Source: Raillietiella orientalis (taxonomy: Eukaryota). Taken from it: a DNA stretch of 64,000 bases. The translations under genes and the position numbers were made by a program. Numbering within the stretch: the stretch's first letter is position 1; each line of letters opens with the position of its first letter. The stretch is from the NCBI GenBank assembly GCA_036172245.1, contig JAYWIR010000023.1:1612001-1676000 (forward strand). Direction: 5' to 3'. Positions 1-11,908 of this stretch are shown piece by piece. A model generated the notes under the pieces. That model was not told the DNA's origin, ran no database searches, and saw only the letters and a program-made list of their open reading frames with translations.

Positions 1-2819
1 TTCTTCTCTCCTTCGGAGAGGGCTCGCGCGTCCGGGAAGGGCAGAGGAGAGCCTGCGAGAATGTGAGCAGATGAAAAGAAACCGCGGCCGCCGCGCACCC
101 CACGGCTCACGGGCCCTCGCGGAGTCCCCCCCCCCCCCGGGGTGCTTCTGAAGGCTCTCGGCCGAAGCAAGGAAACGGCAGGCGAACCGCAAGCAGGGTG
201 AAAGGGAGGGAGGATGGGGTCCGGAAAGAAGTATTGCTCTGTTTGGAAGCTGAGCGGTGCTCCTCCGGGAGCGGGCGACAGAGTGCGTGCTTCTCATGTC
301 GACACGAGACAGAAGAGAAATGTCTCTTCCCGGCGACTAGGCAACGAACAACCTCCTTCCCTCCTCTCATCCGCCGGCTTGACGATCGGCTCCTTACAGC
401 CTGCCCTGGGATCTTCATTATTCATTCCCGCCAGTTCAAGGAACTCCCCACGCCGGTCGCTTCCTGTCCATCTTCGAGGATCAATAAAAAAGAGAAGGAA
501 AGCAGACGAACGTTGTCGGACGCGCCAAGCGGAGACTAAGGTTCGGGTTCATTGTCATCGCCAACTTCTCCGTTGTCGTCGTCGTCGTCATCCTTGTCTC
601 CATCCATTTCTTCTTCCACCTCCCCTCCCTTGTAGGTTTCGCGCTGAGCGACTTCCTGGTCGTTCTCATTCTGCCAAGCACTCCATCTCTACTCTCCATA
701 GCTGGCGCTGTTCAAGTGCCACCTTGTGCAGGATCTCCCCCTCCTCACTAAAAGTACATCCTTTGCAGTCCCCTGATTTTCTGGAGTAACACACACGTCT
801 GTGCTGCTGGTCTTCTCCCGTCTTGAGCAGGTCCGCTACTCCTCCCGATGTTATGGCTCATAGCTACTGCGGATCCCCTCTTGAGAAGAGTGCGCCGCTG
901 TCGGTAGCAGAAACGAAGGCGAAAACGGAGAGGAACCTTCGAACACACAACAGCCAGCCAGCAGATGGCATTCTCTTCGACGGGCTATCTAGAGCTCTAT
1001 AACGAATTTCCTTTACCGGCTACTGAAGAGCTGTGGACCGGGAAGGTCCTGGCTGGAGGCTGGCAAGCACTTTCGGTCGTCGGAGAAGGTGGGTCTCGGT
1101 AATCGGCGAGAAAGGCGCTGCGATGAAGCCTTCAGAGATTTCAAGAAATGGTGGAGATTTCCAAACGGGGACCCCGTGGAACGGCTCAGAAACAGGAAGA
1201 GCAAGGAGCGCTCAGAAACGCTGCTTGCTCTCCTTCGTGTTTCATTCTTCACACTTTGAAGGACACTGAGTACTGGGTTCCAAAGTCCTTTTGCCCAGGC
1301 TGCAGCGAAGAACTGTGACCATCAGTCAAGAGAAGGAAACCAAAGACCGCTTTTGCCAAGCAGGAACCCACGTGTGCTCTGCGTGTGAGTCACTTCCTAC
1401 CATGATTCTTCTTCTTCTTTATACAAACCTCAGAGGCACTTCTGATGCTCTGAAGCTCTGAAGACTTGATTAGTACCTAGGGAAGAGCGAGGGCATCCGA
1501 ATCCCTTTGTGTTACCCTGCTGAGTCTCGTATATACGCATACATAATTTGATCTTAGGCATCAAACTACACTTTATAAACCGTATTAGGTGCCCTGTATC
1601 TTCATAGAGAAGGAAGCGCGCAAAGTGCCTCATCATAACAGCGAGAATACACACAGTGGCGCTTCTTGCAACTGTTGCACACTCCGTTCCTGTACATCTG
1701 CACTGACCAACCACGCTGTCCATTATGAATGGATAAATCCGTTTTCGGCATTCATAGACGGCAAAACTTCTTCCGGCATTCGTCAACGCCATCTCACGTT
1801 TGTGGAAAACGAGAACAATGCCATCTTGCGATGAATACTAGAGTTGAGACGCCGCCTTAGCCTAGGTTCCTTAAACGGGGTGTCTAGGAGGTCCATTTTC
1901 TTGCCAGTGTCCTCCAGAATGGTAACTTTCTTATTTTCTCGAAAATCTGTAGCAGTCTGCAGAAGTGTTGACCTCAACAGTGAATAGACAGCAGTATTCT
2001 CGTTGCCTATGCACCTCGTACCTCCGCAAGTTTTGCACTTTGTTCGTGAAGAACCACGAAATTCTTCATCCCCAAAGGCCATCGTCTCTCTCCATCGTTC
2101 ATCGTCTCTCGTCTCTGTCTCTGTCTCTGTGAAGGCTATCATCTCTTGCCGTCTCTCTCTTGGGCCATCGTCTCATGATGCAGGGAGAGCGTCTCTCCCT
2201 GAATCATCCTTCTTTCGCCTGCCCCCCACCATAAACCTCCAAAATGAAACACAGAACACGTTAAGCTTGGCAAAGGAGTTTGCCCTGTTGCACACTCCAT
2301 CTTTTATCAATTAGACCATAAGTAAGAATCGACGAAACTCCCGTTCTCTATCAAGGAAACCACAGTCCGTGTTGAATACCGTGATTCTTTTCTTTTCGTG
2401 TTGTGGACTTGTCGAAAGACCTGCGAAACCCACGCTCAAGGGCTTAGGAAGGCCTCCGTTTTCGGGTGCCTTCTGAGAGAATTCGTAGCATGAAGCTGAA
2501 ACTTAACGCAAAGGTGAGCATTCCATCTTGACGAGCCTTCAGAATGAAAAACTGAAAAGTTGCTGTGGTGATGACGCAATACCCCTCAAAAGATTGACAA
2601 CCACCTGTGGTTGTGTTGCGGTTGCAACATTCGAGCAGTCGTGATCAAGCCTTCCTAGAGTGGGCAATGGAAAACACTCTTCTTCTATTACTGTGTTTTC
2701 CGGACAGTGAGCACCGCCATTATGGTAGCACGATGAAATCAACAGTTTCCAAAAATGCCGCGGGATGTGTAGAAGTGGTCGAATTTTAAGAATACCCTCA
2801 TTCAGAAATGAACTGATGG

Positions 2820-2859
2820 TTTTTTTTTTTCCCTTTTTTTTTGGGGGGGGGGGGGGGGG
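2820..2859. repeat. Compound homopolymer tract (poly-T / poly-G)
   Basis: T-run, ccc, T-run, then a G-run of about 17 nt. Confidence 0.9.
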
Positions 2860-3164
2860 TCCCCTACCCCGCAGCATTCCGCAAGTAGCTGAATCTTCAA
2901 GTGAAATTGCCTTTCATGGTGGCTGACATGCTCTCAGATGCAATCCAAGTTAAGATTCCGGAGACGCCATTCTTCAGAATATGCCGTTTTATCCCTTTTC
3001 AGAGAGTGGGTGGATAAGAAAACAGGCTCCCAACTTGTCAGCGATTGGTGGTTCGTCTACGGCGAATTTTTGGCGCTCCTTCGAATGAACACGGCACCAC
3101 TGAATGAACACTCATCGAAGAATCCTTGAAAAGAAAATCGAGTGATCTAATGTGGATAAATTTC

Positions 3165-4105
3165 ATTCAGATGAAAACGAACTGGAATCGCTTAGACTGG
3201 TCCAGCCATTCGGTCGCACCCAATAGGAAAGGAACTCGTTGGATACCCCCTGAGAACACATGGAGGTCGTCCAAGGTATGCGCCTCTTTGTTGTGAAGTC
3301 TTCGGAGCCACAACAAGGACTGCACGTAGCACAAGAAAACATCTCTTTCTTTGCCCGATGAGTTTCTGTGGCTGGCTTCACTCATCCTCCGGTGCTCTAT
3401 GTGAAGATGGACGTTTTCCGCGGAAGAACCTAGTCCCCTTCTTGCAGCAGAAGGGGGCAGCTGGTCTCTTTTCCTTCCAGCTTTTTTTTCTTTTCTGGGT
3501 TTTTTGAGGGAAGTTCACTAAGTACTGAAGAACCGTATGCACCCTTAAGGGGGGATCGGAGAGGCTGGATAATGCCGCCACATAGGGTGCTCACAAAGTT
3601 CTTCAAAGACGATCCATGCCATCCAAGGGTGCGTGTACCTCAGGAGCCCACCCCGTAGGGACCACCCTAATCCAGAAAGGCTCCGTGGATGGCGTCCTTT
3701 CCTGCCTGAGTGTTGGAAGGCAACTCCGAAGAGATCTCAGAAGGGGGCTGCTCTTCATCTCTTCTCCGAAGCGAACCCGAAAAGGTTCCTACGCTGAATT
3801 CTCTTTTCCAAAGGGAACCCTTCCTTGCTTATTCCTCTGAAGAGAAACCCGGAAGGAAGCTTCCCAATGTGAAGGGTCGCTCCCCGAAGGGAGCAGCGCG
3901 CGCTTCTTGACATTCTAAAGAAGGACCAACCAGCTCCATGGAGAGCGATGGAAGGCCCTTCTACCGAGAAAAGGGACGGATCCATTTTCACTACTGGAGG
4001 GAAATTTCGAAGGGAATCGGTGCTCCGTGATTCATGAAGAGACCCTCCGGGATCAGCTCCCAATCCCGGCCAGTCAATGGTGGGGCACCCGGTTTCCAGC
4101 GCGCG
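3165..4105 (-). mobile_element. Decayed non-LTR retrotransposon (LINE ORF2) fragment, copy A
   Basis: The reverse complement of 3469-4105 aligns by eye with 61995-62632 (e.g. gtggcggca..tccagcctctccgat, aaaaagctggaaggaaa) and with 55620-56000 (gtcaagaag..gctgctcccttcggggag). Translated remnants APLDGM..LSDPPL..SWKE..PFCCKKGTRFFRGKRPSS resemble the GPDG..PL..WK.A..PIFKKG..NYRPIS region preceding LINE RT. Confidence 0.55.
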
Positions 4106-7100
4106 CGCGTCCCACCAGTGCCTCACCCTTTGCCTGAACGGAGAAAATTCCCTGCATCATCCTAATCACTTTCCCAGAAACGGCAAGAAGGAAGCGGAAT
4201 TCTCCCTTTTTTGACATCTGTGTGATGGAGTGAACACTCCCCTCTCAGTAGATATCCAAAAGATCTGCTTCTAAGCCATCTCAAGTCGAAAAGAATTCCG
4301 AATGTCTTCACTTCACCAGGTCATGTATCATGTTCGCCTTTTCGTCTTTTTTTGTAAGCACGATGAGATGCTGAATCAGAGCTTACTCCTGCGTCGAAAT
4401 GCTGCTGCCGTCCACGGATGGTGGCAACCCAAGACTTCCCCCTCCTGAAACACGTTTCGTAGCTGCAGCATCGTGCTGGAGTCACCGGATTGGCAGAAGG
4501 AAAATGACGACCTGAAGGAAGCTCGAAGCATCCCATCGAGCTACAAAGATCTGTCCCCTGCCGGACGTTCGCGAGCAGTGAGAAAACCATTTATGGCCGG
4601 CTTCGTCTTCCATCTACTGGTTCCTGCTGTTCCACAGAAGAGCAGGCCATTGTGCGCCATCCCTCGCTAACACTTTAGACTGAATCCTCCCCTACTCATG
4701 CGTCTCCCCTACTCGCTCAACAAAAATTTTCAACGCGCTGTTCTTCACCTTCTTGAGATGATTTTATATGATGATTTCTTGAGAGTCCACAGACACGCAG
4801 AGGTAGCATGTTCCCGACAGGACGGTCAGAATGAAGGAACTCCCTTTTGTTCCGATTTAAGACGTCCCTTTGTACGAAACTCCGCATTCCTTTGACACCT
4901 CTGACGTTTCGTAGCCCGAAAAAAACAGCTCGGGAAGAAGACCTACTTTCTCCTTTCCTCAGCATTTACATGTGAGCTGCCCTTCGCAAATCTCACCACT
5001 CCACTATCAACTTATCAGTATGTCTGTTTGTTCTCCGAAAGATCCCACTCGCTCTTCCTGGAATTGCTAGACGATGAGCTTGCAGAAACGAGAACTCGTT
5101 TCATAAGACCAGCAGCCTCTACTGATGACTGCTTCCCCGCTGGAGAAAGAGAGAAGTCACCACAGTTTCAAATAGCAAGGAGCGTTTCCGGAAAGTTTGC
5201 TTTGATTCTGCACGGCTCTGCCCAGACACTTCCCAACGGGAAGTTGGGAGTCGCACGTCTGTTTCGGACACCACATTCGTGCGGCGAACCCAGAGAGGGT
5301 TTCCGGGAGCCCGGATGTAACTTTCAATCTGATGCGATGCGAATCAGCATTAGCAGCAAAAACGCGGGATCTGAGTTCTCACCAGAGCATTGGTCTGCAA
5401 AATCTGCAACGGGAAATATTTTTATCATTGTGATATAGCCCTGGGGTCATTATTAAAAATGCCATTTTTATCGGTAAACAAGCATGAATGAGATTTCATT
5501 TTTTTCTTTGTATTACCGTCGTAAAAAAAATGGATCCTGAATTCTATACGCTGGCTCACAAATGTATGCAGAAGAAAAGTATTTTTTTTGCAAACTCTTC
5601 CAAGGATTTCGTAGGGTTGCCAAGGTCACATCAAAATCTTTTATTAAATTCATTTTGTCAAACAACAGACTATATCTACTGGGTACTGAGATTTATCTCA
5701 TGCGACTTAAATTATAAATTCAAATCGGTTTCGAAACTCTTCATCTTCTGCATGATTCTGTTGGATTCACGGATGCATGTAAAAAACGATCCCGTCCTTT
5801 GACCAAACTACATTTCACACATCCAGATATCACATGCCTTCAAGGCGAGCATATTGTGATTTTCGGATCATGAAAAGCTAGGAAACCACTCTTTTTCCTT
5901 CACTTGTGGAAGGCTGTTGTTGCTAAAGAAAACCTATCTAGTTTTTCTTTTTTCCTCTCAAAATTTGTTGCTTCAGAATTCTTTCTGGTGTTTCCTCTTT
6001 TGGTTTTTGTGCTTGTACAGCTTTAGTATGCCCTGCAAAAACTTGATTCTAGTGAATTTTTCCTTTTCTTCGTAGACAGTGACGAAAACTTGATGGATAT
6101 CATTTAAAACAGCCTTGGCCATGGGAAAACATGCACGCGGGAGACATTTTTGAAGTGCGACATCTCCTTAGTGATGAACCCCCATGAACCATGCTTATTG
6201 TGATGGAAAATATTCGAATAACTTAACCAAACAGTTTCACTTCATCTCTTCATTCCAGAAAGGAAGGGGTAAAAAATATATAAAGTTCATTACATAGTTT
6301 ACAAGACACGAAAATGCTTGCGAAGTCATCCCGAAAAAAAAAGCATTCACTAAAGAAAAAAGTCACTGATGCCTGCTTACCATGGAAAAGTCATCAAATA
6401 AGAGTGGATTTTTGCAAGCACAAGCGGAAAAATCTGTACAACTATGGGAACATTCAAAACATAATGATGCATAATCAACACGTTCGATGACGGAGGTTGG
6501 CCTCACATTAATTTCTTGGCTACAAGTTATTCAGACAATTCTTTCGCGTGGTTCCTCAATTAATTTCATGCTTAGCTTTTCTGCTAACCTCATCATGTGA
6601 AAATCTTTCTTATCTCGATAGTAATTATGAAATAGTGGAATAAGAGTGGAATTTGCATCTTGCGGGCTCACAAGTAACAGAAAATCTCGATATCAAAGGA
6701 AACGGTGAACTGGGCAGCAGAAGATGGGATGAAAGATCACTAGGAAGCAGAGGTTTAGCTGCTGAAACTATTTCATTTTGTGATAGCCAAGAATTCTTTT
6801 CGCTATTCTTCTTACGTAAATTTAGGTGATTTTTAACGTTTTCTGACGGGCCCGTCTGCTCTGGTTTTCCTGCAAGTGGGCCCTGGTTTTACTCGCCCGG
6901 AATTTATCTCCAATTTAACTTTTATATCTATAGCATTACATGCATCACATGTATCAGCTTCATCTTTCCTCTTCTTTATTTTCAGTTTTCTTTGTTATCT
7001 TTTTATCTCCCATATCCTTGTCTGATCATCACACTTTTGTTAAACGCACCCTCACTTTGTTTGTGCTTAGGTAATCTCCAGAATGCTTCCCATGATTTGT

Positions 7101-8457
7101 TCCAACTTCTCCATGGCATTAATTTTTCAAAGACAGTCTAACCAAACTTTGCTCGTTTGATTTTTGGCCTTCATCGTAGAACAAATATGAGCCGTTCGCT
7201 ATCCTGCCGATTGACCCTGTTCGACCTGCGTGCATATTTAAAAAAAAATTCTTTCATTGACGGGATTCTCGTTTCGGAATTTGAAATCCTGTTCGTAATC
7301 ACATATCAATAGAGTTTTTTTTTTAATTAAAAAAATTTGACATATTTTGTATAAGAATTTTTGTGATGAACAGTAAAAATTTATACTAGTAATCCAAATC
7401 ACGAGCAGATAATTTTAAAAGACTGCGATATATCGTGAATCAAATGAGTTTTTTTCCAGATTATATTTGTTTGAATAAAATATCAAAATCAAGTCCAGTC
7501 TATTAAAATATTCAAATATTATGCATACATGACTGTCGTCAGTTTTGGAAATTGTTCCCTTTCCAATTTTTCTGCTGTATATAAATCCAAATTTTTGATG
7601 TCCTGAATCACAGATTAATGCAAAATTATACTGATTTTTTAAATCTTTCCCTTGCACATGAGTATCAATAGAACTTGTAAAGACGAATTGCGGATTTTAG
7701 GGAATATACATTTATTAGAAGCGATTTTCATTTACAACATTTTTATAATTTCCATCACTCCTATTAATTTTTTATTGTTTGTTTTTCATTAGCATGACTT
7801 TTATTGCAAAATTTTTTGTGTTTGTAAAGTATCGAAAAGCTTTTTTTATTCCAGAATAATACTAATAGCTCATCAAAAAAATAGAGCTAATTTTTAGAAA
7901 ATGAAAAAAAATAATTGTCGAAATTGTCGAAATTTAATTCAATATTAGAACAAAAATGGTTCTTATTTGTTGATACGTAGTTTTGCCAAAAATTATAGCA
8001 AGTCATCAAAACTTGATATGGCATTCCTAACTCAGCATGGCATTCCTAACTTACTATGCAAGGAGCTCGTGTGCTGTTTAAGGAAATGTAAATGCTTCCG
8101 TCTTCGCGCAATTAATTTCTCTTATTGTTTCTAAATAACAAGAGCCCAGAATAATACAAATAGCATGTCTGATTTTTTTTTAATTCTATGTATAATTTTT
8201 TCCTATACACAATAAAAAATGAAACTCGTAACACCCATACTGTATCACCACAATAGTTTAGATGGCGTGGGGGATATTTGTTCCCGTTTTTGTGTCTTAA
8301 TTTTTCTCTGCATATATTGGAAGAATGTATTCGCCAGATTTGGAATTAGTGGCAATTGAGAGCAGACATCCGAACTTTCAATCCTCTTTTCATGTCGGTG
8401 CCGTTGATTTCGGAAGGTGCGAATAATAGCATCTGAAAGTGAACTAAGCATTTTAGG

Positions 8458-9406
8458 GTAAGTTTGCTATGCTTTTCTCAGTAATATAATGCCTTGAGGT
8501 GACTTTGATTCAGACCTTTATGTAGAGCAAAAATAAAGGTCAATTATTTTGTGCCATATCTGATATGCATCTTTTGGAATGATATTTTACATAAGACAAT
8601 GCTTCACTAGTATCAAAAAATTATTTGCACCGGATTTGTATACAAACTATGTAGTATGCAAATTGGAAATTCATTTGAGCAATAATCCTAACCTTTTTTT
8701 AAGTTGCTATCTTTGTGGATGAGCTAATGTTTGTTGGCGAAACTTTTCCGTGAAAGGATAGCTTGATGAAAAGTAGGCTGAATACTTGACATTCTAATGG
8801 TACTTGCTTAAAATGGAATCATGGTATCAACAGCAACATTTGCACCAAATACAGCTATATAAAGAATAGTATGCATATTCAGTGTGTCATTTTTCGGTGA
8901 TAGAATTCGTAATCAACATTATTAATAAGTAGAAGTAGATTATTTTTAACATATATAAAAACACCCCTTTCATACTGACATAGCAGTATGTCAGCCAAGT
9001 TCTTAGTGTTCATTTAGCATAGAAGGTAAATAATATTAATGAAAAAACAACAATGAAAAAGGATAAAAATTGGGAATTTTGGAAAATGTTTTTGAATGTT
9101 ATCAGGGAAAAGCATTAGTTGTTTAGATCATACTTATCTTAATCATTCCAGGAATGGAAAGTATGAACAATACAATTGAATTACGATAAGTTTTCAGAAA
9201 TGTTCCTTTGCATGTGTTTTGCTACAATATCTCTTAATTTTTTAAAATTCGATATTTAACAGGAACAGATTAATGGTTTAGTATTTTCATCAGTGGTGTA
9301 TGGTTGTAATTGTGTTAATTAGTAACATTTAAGAACATTTGTGAAACTTGGTTTTGGATTCTCATTCATGCCCATCCTCCATATTTATTCAATTTTCCAT
9401 TTACAG
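8458..9406 (+). other. Probable 5'-UTR intron of ESF1
   Basis: Strong donor GTAAGT at 8458, and pyrimidine-rich acceptor ttttccatttacAG ending at 9406, 45 nt upstream of the ESF1 ATG. The pairing of the two sites is inferred. Confidence 0.5.
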
Positions 9407-9451
9407 ATGTGACATTATGTGATTGTGTTTGTTCCACAAAAGCTTTGAAAT

Positions 9452-11908
9452 ATGGAGCAAGTATTGAAAGATAAGAGGTTTTCTGTGATTGCTTCTGACC
9501 CTCGCTTTAAACCAATTCCGAGGAGAGTGAGAAAAGTAAAAATTGATAGCCGTTTCAAAGGAATGTTCAAGGTAAAATCAAAAACTTAAGCAATGCAATC
9601 TTGACTTTGGTTCCTAGGATGAACGATTCCAGTCTAGAGTAAGTGTTGATAAACGTGGTAAGCCAGTGAATTACTCTTCAGTTGATAATCTTCGCAAATA
9701 TTATGAACTCTCCTCAAATGATGAAAGTGATTCTGAGCACAGTTTAAAAAATTCTGCATGTGAAGAACCAGAATTGAGTAAATCAGAAGAAGAAAATAAA
9801 ACTCTAACTTCACCAAATAGAGATCTAACAGAAACCAGCAGTGATGAGTCAGAAGATGAATCTTCAAGTAAGCTTCTTGCTTTTTTGCTTTCTAATGTTG
9901 TGAAGGTGCTGAAAATATTGAACATCCTTGGGGTGAATTGGATCAAGATGCTGAGAGAGGTGAAATAGTAAGCCGGCGTCTTGCAGTTTGCAACATGGAC
10001 TGGGATCGAATTAAAGCTAAAGATTTGTTGGTTCTTTTCAATTCCTTTGCGGTACCATCTGGAACAGTGCAGAGAGTAATGGTAATAAGCTTGCTTGGGA
10101 TCAGGGGAGGCACCCTTTCTTTTGTTGAGTGCTTTATAAAATATCTGATTAGTTCAAGAAGAATTATGCTAAGATAGATATGTCTATCTATCTTAGCATA
10201 ATTCTTCTTAATAATAATGTCCTTATAAGGAATGCAAAACAGTTGAAGCTGCTAGGATTTTCAAGTCTTGTTTGTTTTGCTGCAGTAATGTCTGTCTGTT
10301 GACTTGCTTGGAGAATAGGATGGCAAGTGAATTTTGCTTTTGCTACATGGATTTAAGATATGGACACATTTTGGAAGAATGAGTACTGATGTAACTTCAG
10401 ATCTATCCCTCAGATTTTGGCTTGCAGAGAATGGAAGAGGAAGAAGTTCATGGACCTAAAGAATTATGTGAGGATGTGACACAGGATGTACTAAATAAAG
10501 AAGAGGTTTGCCAAAAAGTTGTCATGGACATTTAAGAACTGTAAAGGTCAGCCAGAAGAGGGTGAGGCATATCACTCAGAAAAATTGCGCCAGTATCAGC
10601 TGAAAAGACTTCAGTATTACTATGCTGTAGTGGAACTGGATAGCTCAGAAACAGCTGCTCACATTTATGCTGAATGTGACGGTATGGAATTTGAGAGCAG
10701 TGCCAACAAATTGGATTTGCGCTTTATTCCAGATGAAATGGATTTCTCAGAAAAGGTAAGGGTTATCCAAGGTTCTTGGATTCTAGAATTATGCTGCTTT
10801 AGGAGCCTAAAGATGTCTGTGAGGGTTTACAAGATCCTACAACCTATCAACCACGTATCTTTATCAATTCTGCATTGCAACAAATGAAAGTTGATTTGAC
10901 CTGGGATGAAACAGATCCTGATAGGGTAGATGCGATGAGAAGGGCGTTTGATCCGAAAAGTGAACTCCAAAATGACGATTTAAAGGCATATTTGGCTTCT
11001 GGATCTAGTGCAGGTTGCTTTTCAAAAACGTTCTAACCTGGTTTTTGATTTTCGGTTATAGAATCTGAAAATGAAGGAGAGATGACAAATAGTGATGCTC
11101 TTAAAGAAAAAGACAAAATCCAGAAATACCATCAGTTATTGGCTGAAATAGAAGAGGAAGAGAAAAAGAAGGAAGACCAAGATGTGGAGCTCGAGATCAC
11201 TTGGGAACCAGGCCTGCAAGAAAAAGCAGAGGAATTGGTCAAGCACAAACTGAATCAAACTGCTTCTGATTCATTAACCCAGTATTTGGAGAAACGAAAG
11301 GAAAAGCGAAAAGCCAAGCACTTATTAAAAAAGGTAAACTTGGCTTTAGCACTTGGACTTCTTATTCTTCTGTAATATTTTAGCAAGCCCAGCAGCAGTC
11401 TACTGGCACTAATTCGGAAGGGCCAAATGATCAGGTAAAATCACAAAGGAAAGTTTCGTTATGAAATTTGCGATTGTAGGCATCACTGGAACTGTTGATG
11501 ATGGATGAAATGGAAAATGAAAAGCAACATTTTTCTCTTAAAGATCTTTTGATTACCAAAAGGAATAAAGGAAGCATGCAACCAGGTAGTTTTCAGGTAA
11601 GATTCTCTGCATCATACAAAAGCAGTTAACAGCAAATGATGTAGATAAACCTGGATGATCCTCGATTTCGGGCTCTGTACACATCTCCTAACTTCAACAT
11701 TGATCCATCTGAATTACGTTTTCAACGTACAGCAGGAATGGAAGCATTTATTCAAGAAAAACAAAAGAAGTGTCTTCAGAGGCATGAACAGGATAAACGT
11801 ATTGAGATGCCACAGAAGACCAAAGGACTCTTTTCTCCTGATGTGTCTCACCTATTACAAGCTGTGAAATCAAAAAGTCAATTTGCAAAAAAAAAACGCT
11901 TGTCATAA
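9452..11908 (+). CDS. ESF1: Pre-rRNA-processing protein ESF1 homolog (C-terminal NUC153 motif), 10 coding exons, ~589 aa
   Basis: Hand-spliced exons: 9452-9571, 9618-9867, 9906-10081, 10401-10505, 10552-10755, 10803-11013, 11062-11333, 11384-11434, 11480-11596, 11645-11908. All introns are GT..AG; the total of 1770 nt stays in frame and ends in TAA. ESF1-typical motifs: [128 protein letters not shown]. The exon 5 acceptor (10551) is the least certain boundary. Confidence 0.95.
10156..10209. repeat. Perfect inverted repeat (25-bp arms, 4-nt loop) in ESF1 intron 3
   Basis: aagaagaattatgctaagatagata-tgtc-tatctatcttagcataattcttctt. Confidence 0.95.

Noticed and set aside
8018..8052. Short direct repeat atggcattcctaact upstream of ESF1, and a similar pair gtgagttccat.aatggg at ~19427/19491
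   Set aside because: Two-copy local duplications with no evidence of function.
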